Of a DNA stretch of 64,000 nucleotides, positions 55,593-64,000 are shown piece by piece. The stretch lies in contig JAAWAC010000012.1 of assembly GCA_022791975.1 (NCBI GenBank), positions 58,518 through 122,517 on the forward strand. Direction: 5' to 3'. Below the pieces are notes generated by a model that was not told the DNA's origin, did not search any database, and saw only the letters and a program-made list of their open reading frames with translations. Numbering within the stretch: position 1 is the stretch's first letter; every line of letters starts with the position of its first letter. The translations under genes were made by a program, and so were the position numbers. The stretch is from Lachnospiraceae bacterium (GTDB lineage: Bacteria; Bacillota; Clostridia; Lachnospirales; Lachnospiraceae).

Positions 55593-57500
55593 TTAAAAAA
55601 TTAGATTTCCCAAAATATTTATGAGCAATGCCACAAGATAAGCCGTGACCATCTGGAAGCCCACTGCCCGCAGAGTCCATTTCCAGGATCCCATCTCCCG
55701 CCGGATAGCTCCCACGGCCGCAAAGCAGGGCATACAGAGCAGGTTAAAGGCCATATAGGACCAGGCCGATACCTTGGTAAATACCTGGGTGATGGCCGGA
55801 AGAGCCTGTTCTCCTGCTGACACAGATTCGATCGCCTCCTGACTGACCCCTCCAAAGAGCTGTCCAAAGGTGGACACAATATTTTCCTTGGCAATCCAGC
55901 CGGTGACCACCCCTACGGAGGCCCGCCAGTCTCCAAAGCCCAAGGGCACAAAAATCCACCGAATGGCATTTCCAATGCTGGCCAGGAAGCTGTCCTCCAT
56001 TTGGCACATGCCAGTAAAATTAAAGCTGGACAAAAACCAAATCAGCACCGTGGATGCAAAAATCACGGTTCCTGCCTTTATGGCAAAGCCTCTCACCTTT
56101 TCCCAGGCATGAATCAGCACACTTTTCAGAGTTGGAATCCGGTATTGGGGCAGCTCCATAATAAAGTTAGAAGCGCCCTCTCGAAAGGCAAATTTATTTA
56201 ATACCAGAGCGCCTATGACAGCCACCACAATTCCCAGCATATAAATGGAAAATACAAGCAAGGTCTGATTGCTTTCCCCAAACAGCGTAGCCGCAAACAT
56301 AGCATAAATGGGCAGCTTTGCACCACAGGACATAAAAGGGGTGATCATCATGGTAATCTTTCTGTCCTTGTCGCTCTCCAGGGTTCGGGAAGCCATGAGA
56401 GCCGGCACAGAACAGCCAAAGCCCATTAGCATGGGAATAAAGGAGCGTCCACTGAGGCCAAAGTGTCGGAAAATCCGGTCCATGACAAAGGCCACACGAG
56501 CCATATACCCGCTGTCCTCCAGAAATGACAAGAGCAGAAACAGCACCAGAACCAGCGGCAAAAATCCAAAGACTGCGCCAATGCCATCCAGACAGCTGGT
56601 AATCAGCTCCACAATCCAGCCGGAGGCCCCTGCTCCCTCCACCAGACCTGTCACATTCTCCGCCAGAGCGCCCCAAAGGTTTTCCACAATCCCCGCCAAC
56701 CATACGCCGGGACTAGGAAGCCCGGGGACCAATAAAAAGTTCTCGCTGAAGGTACAGGCAAACATAAGATACATAATCGCAGCAAAGACCGGCAGGCCCA
56801 AAACCCGATTGGTCAGAATTTTATCCAGTTTGTCGGAATTGGTTTCCCCATGAGCCGTCTGCTTTCTTTTCACGCTCTGTTTCACCAGCTCCGCAATATA
56901 TGTATACCGCAGATCCGCCACCATTTCTTCCTGCTCCTCAGTAAGCCGGTTTCCCCGAATCGCCGCGTAAAGGTCCGCATCATAAATATCCAGCTCCCCA
57001 GGCGTCTGTCCGGACCGGGCCACCTTATAAGCTTCTTCCATAAGAACATCTGTTCCCTTATTATTTCGGGCTACAATGGGCACCACCGGCACTCCCAAAA
57101 GACCTGCCAGCTTCTCACAGTCAATGCGATCCCCTCTGCTCTCCACCTCATCCATCATATTTATGGCAATCACCATGGGAGTGCCAAGCTCTGCGATCTG
57201 CAAGGTGAGATACAGATTTCTCTCCATACTGGTGCCATCCACAATGTCAATGACCACATCCGGCTTTTCCTCTACCATATAGTCCCGCGCAATCCTCTCC
57301 TCCGCAGAATAGGGAGACAGGGAATAAGTTCCCGGCAAATCCAAAATGGAAAGCTCCTTGTTTTTCCGGTATACCCCTTCCTTTTTATCCACAGTTACCC
57401 CCGGCCAGTTTCCCACATGCTGTTTGGAGCCGGTCAGCTCATTAAACAGTGTGGTCTTGCCGCAGTTTGGATTTCCTGCCAGCGCAATTTTATAAGACAT
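55593..57500 (-). CDS. feoB: Ferrous iron transporter FeoB (copy 2)
   Basis: GNPNCGKTT, NWPGVTV, DLPGTYSL, EDSGYMAR, PFMSCGAKLP, LCMPC; short linker after the G-domain. Confidence 0.95.
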   Translation of the reverse strand: MSYKIALAGNPNCGKTTLFNELTGSKQHVGNWPGVTVDKKEGVYRKNKELSILDLPGTYSLSPYSAEERIARDYMVEEKPDVVIDIVDGTSMERNLYLTLQIAELGTPMVIAINMMDEVESRGDRIDCEKLAGLLGVPVVPIVARNNKGTDVLMEEAYKVARSGQTPGELDIYDADLYAAIRGNRLTEEQEEMVADLRYTYIAELVKQSVKRKQTAHGETNSDKLDKILTNRVLGLPVFAAIMYLMFACTFSENFLLVPGLPSPGVWLAGIVENLWGALAENVTGLVEGAGASGWIVELITSCLDGIGAVFGFLPLVLVLFLLLSFLEDSGYMARVAFVMDRIFRHFGLSGRSFIPMLMGFGCSVPALMASRTLESDKDRKITMMITPFMSCGAKLPIYAMFAATLFGESNQTLLVFSIYMLGIVVAVIGALVLNKFAFREGASNFIMELPQYRIPTLKSVLIHAWEKVRGFAIKAGTVIFASTVLIWFLSSFNFTGMCQMEDSFLASIGNAIRWIFVPLGFGDWRASVGVVTGWIAKENIVSTFGQLFGGVSQEAIESVSAGEQALPAITQVFTKVSAWSYMAFNLLCMPCFAAVGAIRREMGSWKWTLRAVGFQMVTAYLVALLINILGNLIF

Positions 57501-57523
57501 TGATTTTTCCTCCTGCTACTTTA

Positions 57524-57632
57524 TTAGTCTTAACTAACTTAAAAATACATATATACCAAAAATACTTAGGCAACATATAGGGATAAAGTTTCACTTGTTC
57601 ACACCATAAGTTTTAGTTAGATCTCACTAACT
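57524..57632. promoter_or_regulatory. Two TTAG-N6-CTAA palindromes, possible DtxR/MntR-family operators
   Basis: TTAG-TCTTAA-CTAA (57524-57537) and AGTTAG-ATCTCA-CTAACT (57615-57632) in the 150-bp feoA-feoB gap. Confidence 0.5.
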
Positions 57633-57651
57633 CCATCGCCTAAAAATGTCT

Positions 57652-57876
57652 CTAAGCAGGCTCCACCTGTATCCGACTAGCCTCCTCCTTGCGAAGGCTC
57701 AGCTCATAGCCCCGCACACGGATCTCCACCGGATCTCCCAGTGGTGCCACCTTAATCACCTTCACCTGTACTCCCGGGGTCACGCCCATATCCATAATTC
57801 TCCGTTTCAGAGGACCGCTTTCCCCCAGAGATATCACCTTGCCGGACTGTCCCGGCTCTAATTCCTTTAATGTCAT
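57652..57876 (-). CDS. feoA: FeoA-family protein
   Basis: MTLKEL.PG...KRRIMDMGVTPG...APLGDPVEIRVRGYELSLRK.EA. Confidence 0.95.
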   Translation of the reverse strand: MTLKELEPGQSGKVISLGESGPLKRRIMDMGVTPGVQVKVIKVAPLGDPVEIRVRGYELSLRKEEASRIQVEPA

Positions 57877-57907
57877 CAGATACGCCCCTTTCTGCATATT
57901 CCGTTTC

Positions 57908-58120
57908 CTATGCTACCATAATCTGAGATGCCAGCCCCCGGTTCAAGGCAACCCGCACGCCCTTTACCACCAGAATAAGTCCACTGGGGTTCTCTCCTAC
58001 CACCTGGATGGTCTCCCCCTTCATAAATCCCATGTCCTGTAAATGGCGCCTCATCTCTTCCCTTCCATGAAACTCCTGGATAACCCTGGTCTCACCAATT
58101 CTCATCATAGCCAATGCCAT
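57908..58120 (-). CDS. feoA: FeoA-family protein
   Basis: RRHLQDMGF..G..I.V...GLILVVKGVRVALNRGLASQIMV. Confidence 0.92.
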   Translation of the reverse strand: MALAMMRIGETRVIQEFHGREEMRRHLQDMGFMKGETIQVVGENPSGLILVVKGVRVALNRGLASQIMVA

Positions 58121-58149
58121 ATATATCTCTCCCCTTTCTCTTTATATTA

Positions 58150-58228
58150 TGAGAATAATTTTCATTTTCTTTTGTATTATATTTCCTGTTTTCCCATTTG
58201 TCAACACTTTTTTTGAGAATAATTATCA
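58150..58228 (-). promoter_or_regulatory. Consensus SigA promoter flanked by two Fur boxes
   Basis: Minus strand TTGACA (58204-58199), 17 nt, TATAAT (58181-58176); TGAGAAT-A-ATTTTCA (58150-58164) and TGAGAAT-A-ATTATCA (58214-58228). Confidence 0.85.
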
Positions 58229-58254
58229 ATACTCTCCCATCCCCGTACAAATAA

Positions 58255-58289
58255 ACAGAGAGAGGATCTATTCCAGATCCTCTCTCTGT
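58255..58289 (-). terminator. Terminator after the aminopeptidase gene
   Basis: ACAGAGAGAGGATCT-ATTCC-AGATCCTCTCTCTGT 15-bp inverted repeat. Confidence 0.85.
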
Positions 58290-58347
58290 AAAGCTTCTGC
58301 CATGTTTTCTATGTGCCTTTATATTCCCTGCAAATACGTCCCGTGGT

Positions 58348-59727
58348 TTAAGCCTCCTTTAAAAAGCTCCGGTAGCATTTTAGCGCCTCATATACATCTG
58401 CCTTGCTGACAACCTCCCAGGGTGCATGCATGGAGAGCACAGGCACACCGCTGTCGATGACTTCCATACCATAATTGGCCAGGATATATGCGATGGTTCC
58501 CCCACCTCCCGCATCAATTTTTCCCAGCTCCGCCGTCTGGTAAGCCACTCCATTTCGGTCCATAATCTCCCGAAGAGCCGCCATATACTCTGCATTGGCA
58601 TCATTGGATCCACTTTTTCCCCGGCTGCCTGTGTATTTATTGAATACAATGCCGTTGGCAAAATAGGCAGCGTTTTTCTTTTCAAACACATCGCCATACA
58701 GGGGATCGTAGGCGGCACTTACATCCGAGGACAGCATCCGGGAATGGGCCATAGCCCGGCGAAGCTTCAAATCTGAATATCCCTCCCGTAACTCCAATAG
58801 CTCTGCCAGAGAATTCTCAAAAAACCGGGATGCCATGCCTGTGGCCCCCACGCTTCCGATTTCCTCCTTGTCCACCAGAATACAGCAGGCCGTTTTGTCC
58901 ACCTCTCCCATATCCAGCATGGCCATCAGGGAGGTAAAGGCACAGACTCTGTCGTCATGACCATACCCCATGATCATGCTTCTGTCCAGGCCACAATCCC
59001 GGGCCTTTCCTGCCGGCACGATCTCCAGCTCTGCGGAGAGGAAATCCGCCTCCTCTATGTCATAAGTCTCCTTTAAGAGCCGCAGGATATTGGCCTGAAC
59101 TGCCTCTTTCTCCGTGTCCTTTAGGGGCCGGCTTCCAAACAGCAGATCCAGCTGTTCTCCCTCCACCACCTTTGCTCCGGTCTTTTCCAGCTGTTTGGAG
59201 GACAGGTGAATCAAGAGATCCGTAAAGGCAAACACGGGGTCTTCCTCCTTCTCTCCAATGACAATCTCCACCCGGGTGCCGTCTTTTTTCACCACCACCC
59301 CATGAAGGGCCAGGGGAAGAGCCACCCACTGATATTTTTTGATGCCTCCATAATAATGGCCATCCAGATAGGCGAACTCCGTATCCTCATACAAGGGCAC
59401 CTGCTTTGCATCCACCCGTGGGGAATCAATATGGGCCCCCAAAATATTCAGTCCCTGCTCCAGCGGCCGGTTTCCCAGCTGATATAGCACAATCGATTTG
59501 TCCATGTAGCTCAGGTATACCTTATCCTGGGGCTTTAGCCGCTCCCCCTTCTCTATCATTTCCTGTAAATTCCGGTAGCCGGCTTTTTCCGCCATCTCCA
59601 CAGCCAGCCGCACACATTCCCGCTCCGTCTTTCCTCGGTCCAGGCAGTTCTTATAGCGGCCGCACACCTCCTCCAGTTCCCTTAACTGGGGCTCCCCATA
59701 GCTGAGCCATACATTTTTTCGCTCCAT
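58348..59727 (-). CDS. M18-family aminopeptidase
   Basis: KTERE, AHIDSPR, HYYGGIKKYQW, GHDDRVC, DKEEIGS, SSDV, GGGGTI, SMHAP.E. Confidence 0.93.
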   Translation of the reverse strand: MERKNVWLSYGEPQLRELEEVCGRYKNCLDRGKTERECVRLAVEMAEKAGYRNLQEMIEKGERLKPQDKVYLSYMDKSIVLYQLGNRPLEQGLNILGAHIDSPRVDAKQVPLYEDTEFAYLDGHYYGGIKKYQWVALPLALHGVVVKKDGTRVEIVIGEKEEDPVFAFTDLLIHLSSKQLEKTGAKVVEGEQLDLLFGSRPLKDTEKEAVQANILRLLKETYDIEEADFLSAELEIVPAGKARDCGLDRSMIMGYGHDDRVCAFTSLMAMLDMGEVDKTACCILVDKEEIGSVGATGMASRFFENSLAELLELREGYSDLKLRRAMAHSRMLSSDVSAAYDPLYGDVFEKKNAAYFANGIVFNKYTGSRGKSGSNDANAEYMAALREIMDRNGVAYQTAELGKIDAGGGGTIAYILANYGMEVIDSGVPVLSMHAPWEVVSKADVYEALKCYRSFLKEA

Positions 59728-59985
59728 AATTCTTACTCCTGTTCCTTTCCTGTTTTTCTGATTCTGTCCTTCCTCTTAGCATTCCATTTCAGGCGGAAAA
59801 CTATCCCGGCTGTTCATTTACTCGTCTGGAATGCTGTTTAGCTGTATCTATGATTTTAGCTCTTTTGGAGACGTTTGTCATTATAAAATAGCGATTATTT
59901 TTTACATCACTATACATGGAATTTTCTTTACTGAAGAGTGTTGTTACTTTACAGATAAATACACATCCATGCAACAATAAGCACA

Positions 59986-60723
59986 CTATAGGTTTAATGT
60001 TAGCTGTTCTTCACTGTTTTCTATTGATTTCCCTACATTTGTTGCGATTTCAATCTTTGCATCAGGTATTTCTAGTCCCCAATTATCCCAACCAATATAA
60101 TTATTTCGAGCAAATAATTCAATCTTATCTTGTTGAGGAAACATTTTAGTTATACCATCTATAACCTCTATGGGTTTTACACTATGCTTCCCGCGATGGA
60201 TAGCAATCATTTGTCTAATGTTTCTCGCTCCTCTCGGTTGTGGAAACCTACCCCTTTTAAATGCTAATACAAACTCTGTTTGACTTAATGTATATCTCCC
60301 AGGATTATGTACCATTTTATCCCAAACAAATGCAACTGTTTTATATTCAAATCCCCATGCTTTACCTAGTTCCAAAGCATTTGCCATCTGTGGTCCAGTT
60401 GTCCACATAAATAACAGGCAGTCATCATCTGCAATAGATGTAATATCAAGTTCTTTTAGTTGTTTTAATTTTAATGTGGGATACTTAAATGTTGCCGCAC
60501 TTAAAAATATTTTTTTTTCGAATTTAATATTTTCGTCCTTGATTGTAGTTTTGTCATATTGCATTTTTCCACCATAATCCCATGGAGGATCAGCATATAT
60601 TATTTGGTACTTCTTATTTGGTAATTGTGGATAAATCTCTTTTGATGGATTTATCTTTGTTCTTTCCTTCTGCTGAACGCTATATAAAGAATATGCTGTA
60701 ATTTTTTTATCTTTATTATCCAT
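59986..60723 (-). CDS. MT-A70-family N6-adenine DNA methyltransferase (M.MunI-like)
   Basis: IIYADPPW, LFMWTT, WGFEYKT.AFVWDK, HSVKP, KIELFAR, GWDNWG; divergent from C and R genes. Confidence 0.9.
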   Translation of the reverse strand: MDNKDKKITAYSLYSVQQKERTKINPSKEIYPQLPNKKYQIIYADPPWDYGGKMQYDKTTIKDENIKFEKKIFLSAATFKYPTLKLKQLKELDITSIADDDCLLFMWTTGPQMANALELGKAWGFEYKTVAFVWDKMVHNPGRYTLSQTEFVLAFKRGRFPQPRGARNIRQMIAIHRGKHSVKPIEVIDGITKMFPQQDKIELFARNNYIGWDNWGLEIPDAKIEIATNVGKSIENSEEQLTLNL

Positions 60724-60754
60724 AGATCTCTCCCCTGCCTAATTAATATGAATA

Positions 60755-60783
60755 ATTATAACCACTAAACTTCCAATAGTCAA
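60755..60783 (-). promoter_or_regulatory. SigA promoter of the methylase gene
   Basis: Minus strand TTGACT, 17 nt, TATAAT. Confidence 0.75.
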
Positions 60784-60787
60784 CAAA

Positions 60788-60822
60788 ACGTTACTTATAA
60801 CCCGTTGTTTTATAAGCATCAA
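60788..60822 (+). promoter_or_regulatory. C-box (controller protein double operator)
   Basis: ACGTTACTTATAACCCGTTGTTTTATAAGCATCAA keeps the TATA...CGT...TATA register of C.Esp1396I-type operators (comparison from memory). Confidence 0.7.
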
Positions 60823-60857
60823 AGATTTATGCTACATAAAAATAGAAAGGTATTTTT

Positions 60858-61064
60858 ATGGTTACAAAAAAATTTGGTGAACGATTAAAACAACTACGAA
60901 ATAATTCGGGTCTTAGTCAAGAAAAGTTTGCTTTATCCATTGATATGGACAGAACCTATTATGCATCCGTTGAAAATGGCAGACGTAATATATCTCTCAA
61001 AAATATAGATAAAATTGCGAACGGCCTAGGAGTAAGCCTTGAAGAACTATTTAAAGGAATTTAG
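60858..61064 (+). CDS. RM controller (C) protein, XRE HTH
   Basis: FGERLKQLR...LSQEKFA..IDMDRTYYASVENGRRNISL.NI.KIA.GL; immediately upstream of the endonuclease. Confidence 0.9.
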   Translation: MVTKKFGERLKQLRNNSGLSQEKFALSIDMDRTYYASVENGRRNISLKNIDKIANGLGVSLEELFKGI

Positions 61065-61074
61065 GAGATAGACA

Positions 61075-61686
61075 ATGGCAAAAAAAGAATTAGCAGTTCG
61101 TGATAATTGGCAAACAAAGAGCGGAGTAAAAGCGTCAAACGCTGAGAAAAATCTTTACAAAGCTTTCAAAAAACACTTGAAAGGAACGGAATATATTTTA
61201 CATGAAAAACCCAAGCATTTAAAAAACCTTTATGCACAAGTTCAGCTTCCAGATTATGTTCTAAGTCAAATATATAATCCCTCTATTTCACTGGAAACAA
61301 CTCAATGGGGAGTGTCTCCAGATTTTGCCATAGAAAATATAAGAACTGGTAAAATTCCTTTTGGTGAGATCAAGCGTCAAGATGGCTGGGTAGAAGGAAA
61401 AGATCCCAGTGCAGGACGTGGAAATGCCCACGAAAGATTATGCAAGTTATTTACTCCTGGATTACTTAAAGCGTATCGAGAAATTAGCCAAATACACTCC
61501 ACTAACATTTTACCTTTTTGGGTTGTGTTTTTAGGTGACATAACTCGCGATCCAAAAAGAAACCGAGAGATTGCATTTTGGTTTGATGAATATAATAAAA
61601 ACTTTTTTATGTGGCGACCTAATATGACAGATAAAGATTTAACAGATCATTTTGATAAGTACTTAAAACAATATTTGGAGGTATAA
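61075..61686 (+). CDS. MunI-family type II restriction endonuclease (predicted site CAATTG)
   Basis: Long matches to R.MunI as recalled: EKPKHLKNLYAQV.LPD, TTQWGVSPDFAIEN, GEIKRQDGWVEGKDPSAGRGNAHER.CKLFTPGLLKAYR, GDITRDPKR; PD-(D/E)xK residues D83, E98, K100. Confidence 0.9.
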   Translation: MAKKELAVRDNWQTKSGVKASNAEKNLYKAFKKHLKGTEYILHEKPKHLKNLYAQVQLPDYVLSQIYNPSISLETTQWGVSPDFAIENIRTGKIPFGEIKRQDGWVEGKDPSAGRGNAHERLCKLFTPGLLKAYREISQIHSTNILPFWVVFLGDITRDPKRNREIAFWFDEYNKNFFMWRPNMTDKDLTDHFDKYLKQYLEV

Positions 61687-61741
61687 AATCTCTCAATCTT
61701 CTATTTATCAACGACCTATGTATTTTATGTTATATCTTGAA

Positions 61742-61803
61742 AAAATATGCGAAATATATGTCTATGGGAGGGCTAATCACCTGGCATATATTCCGCATAT
61801 TTT
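61742..61803. terminator. Long imperfect inverted repeat between the convergent REase and lipoprotein genes
   Basis: AAAATATGCGAAATATATGTC...GGCATATATTCCGCATATTTT. Confidence 0.5.
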
Positions 61804-61881
61804 ACTGTATATCTGAATTGTTATCCGTTCAAAACATGAAACTACACAAACAGCTTTTAATGATTCCGCTGCTTTCTTATT

Positions 61882-62256
61882 TTATTCCCCGCTGGTATTT
61901 CCCTGATCTTCACCAGCTCCCGCTGCCCCAGCGTTATCTTTATTCTCCAGCTGGGTCTCGTCTTCTATTTCACCGTCCTGATCGTCTACGCCTTTCTGCT
62001 CCGAATCCTGCTGTCCCTGGCTCTCCTGATCCTCTGGCTTCTCTTCGTCCTGGGGAGTGGTTCCCTCCTCCGGTTTTTCTTCATCCTGGGGGGCGATGTC
62101 TTCCTCCGGTTTCTGATTATTGTCACCGGATTCCGCTCCGCTTTCCACAGGATTGCCTCCATCCTCCTTGTCGTTTCCACAGCCAGTCAAAAGCCCCATG
62201 GCCAGCACCAATACACACAAACCTACTAATACACTGATCTTCGTTCTTTTTCTCAT
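61882..62256 (-). CDS. Small acidic low-complexity lipoprotein
   Basis: AAGGAGG RBS; MRKRTK + hydrophobic stretch + LTGC lipobox; repeats KPEEDIAPQDEE / KPEEGTTPQDEE. Confidence 0.8.
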   Translation of the reverse strand: MRKRTKISVLVGLCVLVLAMGLLTGCGNDKEDGGNPVESGAESGDNNQKPEEDIAPQDEEKPEEGTTPQDEEKPEDQESQGQQDSEQKGVDDQDGEIEDETQLENKDNAGAAGAGEDQGNTSGE

Positions 62257-62544
62257 AATTTTGTTACTCCTCCTTTTGATGTAAGCTTGCTTTCGTCCAC
62301 CTGGCGGCCGGCGGCCCGGCATTTGGGACGCCGGCGTGTGAACAGCAGCAAAAACACGATGTTGGTTAAAAATGGCCTCCTTTCTTTTTGGAATGAAGCC
62401 AGTATAACATGCAAATTTGTCCAATTTATGTTGAAAAAATAAAAATCTTCTTATGATTTTTAATAAATTCTGAAAGATTACCTATGATTTTCTTTAAGTG
62501 TTTTTGCCAGGTGAGGTTAGCTACTTTAAAATAGGCGAAGGAAT

Positions 62545-63657
62545 TCAATCTTTCTCAAAGGGAAAACGATAATTCAGATTTAATTCGTTGCGCAACTCTA
62601 CAAGCTCCCTCTGGATAGTCTCTCCCACGGGAACCCCTTTGTCCTTTCGCTCCTGCCAGGCCAGGTACTCCTTCTCTCCTGCTGTGTAAATCCGCTCTGC
62701 ACCAGGCGCCACCGTAGATCCCCGAAGCCCTCGACAGATTTCCCCAGCAATTCTTCGAAAAGTATCCAGTCCCATAAAGAATTCCGGGTTGATCACAAAG
62801 AAGAAATGGCCCAAATGATACATCTGATCCTGGCCATTGGCGTCCTTGCCGCTGAGATCCAGCATAAAGGGGCCACCAGCCAGAGCTGCGGAAAGGATCT
62901 CCACAACCGTGGTAAATCCATACCCCTTAAATCCGGCGGTTGCCTCTCCTAGTCCTCCCAGGGGAACCAAGGCTGCTCTTCCGGCTCGCATTTCCGTGAG
63001 AATTTTTGCGGAATCTGTCATGGTATTGCCTTCCCGATCTACCACCAGTCCGGCAGGCGTTTCCCTCCCGGAACGTGCGTAAAACTCTATTTTGCCATTC
63101 TGAATGGGCGAAGTTGCACAGTCAAAGTTAAAGGGAAAGTCCTCATCGGTAGGCATGGTGAAGGTCAGGGGATTGGTTCCCAGCATATTATCGATTCCAA
63201 AGGTGGGCGCCACAGAGGGCCGTGCATTGGTTCCGGAAATGCCTATCATATTGGCTTTACAGGCCATCCCCGTCCAGTACCCTGCAATCCCATAGTGAGT
63301 GGAATTGCAGATAGCACCTCCAGCCATGCCATATTTTTTCGCCTTTTCTATAAGCTTCTCCATCATGCGATAGCTGGCTACCATTCCCATACCATCATGA
63401 GCATCCATCACACAGGTGGTCTCCGTCTCTTTCAGGATTTCCAGGGAAGTGATGGGGAGTAGCGTGCCATTTTTGATCCGATCTAAATAAATAGGCTTAA
63501 AACGATTGCAACCATGGCTTTCAATGCCTCTTCGGTCTGATTCCAGCAGAACATCCGCGCAAATGGCTGCCTCGTCCCGGGGCACTCCATAAGCTTCAAA
63601 AACATCGATCATAAAATGATTCATGACTTCCCACGGTATATAAGGTCTTGTTTCCAT
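62545..63657 (-). CDS. Ldh_2-family (type 2 malate/L-lactate dehydrogenase) oxidoreductase
   Basis: DRRGIESHG, NSTHYG, LGTNPL, DCATS, PLGG...KGYG, AGEKE. Confidence 0.92.
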   Translation of the reverse strand: METRPYIPWEVMNHFMIDVFEAYGVPRDEAAICADVLLESDRRGIESHGCNRFKPIYLDRIKNGTLLPITSLEILKETETTCVMDAHDGMGMVASYRMMEKLIEKAKKYGMAGGAICNSTHYGIAGYWTGMACKANMIGISGTNARPSVAPTFGIDNMLGTNPLTFTMPTDEDFPFNFDCATSPIQNGKIEFYARSGRETPAGLVVDREGNTMTDSAKILTEMRAGRAALVPLGGLGEATAGFKGYGFTTVVEILSAALAGGPFMLDLSGKDANGQDQMYHLGHFFFVINPEFFMGLDTFRRIAGEICRGLRGSTVAPGAERIYTAGEKEYLAWQERKDKGVPVGETIQRELVELRNELNLNYRFPFEKD

Positions 63658-63835
63658 AATGAAAGGCTCTCCTCGTCATCTAAATTCCCTTTTACAGTAA
63701 CATTTCTTCCATGTTTTTACAAGATGCTTCCTAAACTCTTGCAAAAAAGGAGCGCCTGCTGTCTCACAGTGCCCAGCCATTCCAAGGATGCTATGTTAGA
63801 CAGACTTAATTTAAGAAAGGCCCTCCAAAAAGAAC

Positions 63836-63864
63836 CTGACAAAATCTGGAGATAGAGGTATAAT
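63836..63864 (+). promoter_or_regulatory. Probable SigA promoter for a gene beyond the window
   Basis: CTGACA, 17 nt, TATAAT. Confidence 0.5.
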
Positions 63865-64000
63865 TAAAAAAGGTTGTGTAAATAAAAACCGGAAAATTTC
63901 CATTCCCAGGCAGGAGGCCATGCCTCCCTCAAGAGAATAGACTAGAAACAATTCCCCCACAGTAAAGGGAATAGGTAAAGGAGTATAACAAATAAAGATC

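Noticed and set aside
59801-59986. 61-aa ORF downstream of the methylase
   Set aside because: No RBS or recognisable motif; probably non-coding or decayed island-edge sequence.
63855-63890. TTGTGTAAATA resembling an IS256-family terminal inverted repeat
   Set aside because: The terminal bases do not fit, no transposase is visible, and the segment is better explained as promoter and leader of the next gene.

Overview
64 kb of chromosome from an endospore-forming Clostridia bacterium, most likely Lachnospiraceae (spoVT, spoVAD/spoVAE, rpsF-ssb-rpsR, cdaR-ftsEX-envC-ctp arrangement; about 50% GC by eye). Most genes are housekeeping genes on the minus strand. No rRNA, tRNA, CRISPR array, prophage or transposase was recognised. 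Accessory or unusual parts: (1) an AT-rich MunI-like type II restriction-modification cassette (MT-A70 methylase, C protein with C-box, endonuclease) at about 59.8-61.8 kb, with an apparent absence of its CAATTG site from the window; (2) a TetR-controlled unit encoding a GH13 glycosidase fused to a maltose/galactoside O-acetyltransferase domain, followed by glgB; (3) a lower-GC FadR/AraC-regulated TRAP transporter plus URO-D-like enzyme locus; (4) two separate Feo systems with Fur boxes, one divergent from a corrinoid-salvage ABC operon ending in a tandem-fused CobU; (5) non-canonical acetate kinase and KARI paralogues; (6) a 1,200-aa TPR / acidic Tyr-repeat / AAA-like protein; (7) two unexplained structured leaders. 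All family assignments come from motif recognition by eye, with no database searches. Several start codons were moved from the ORF track on RBS evidence.
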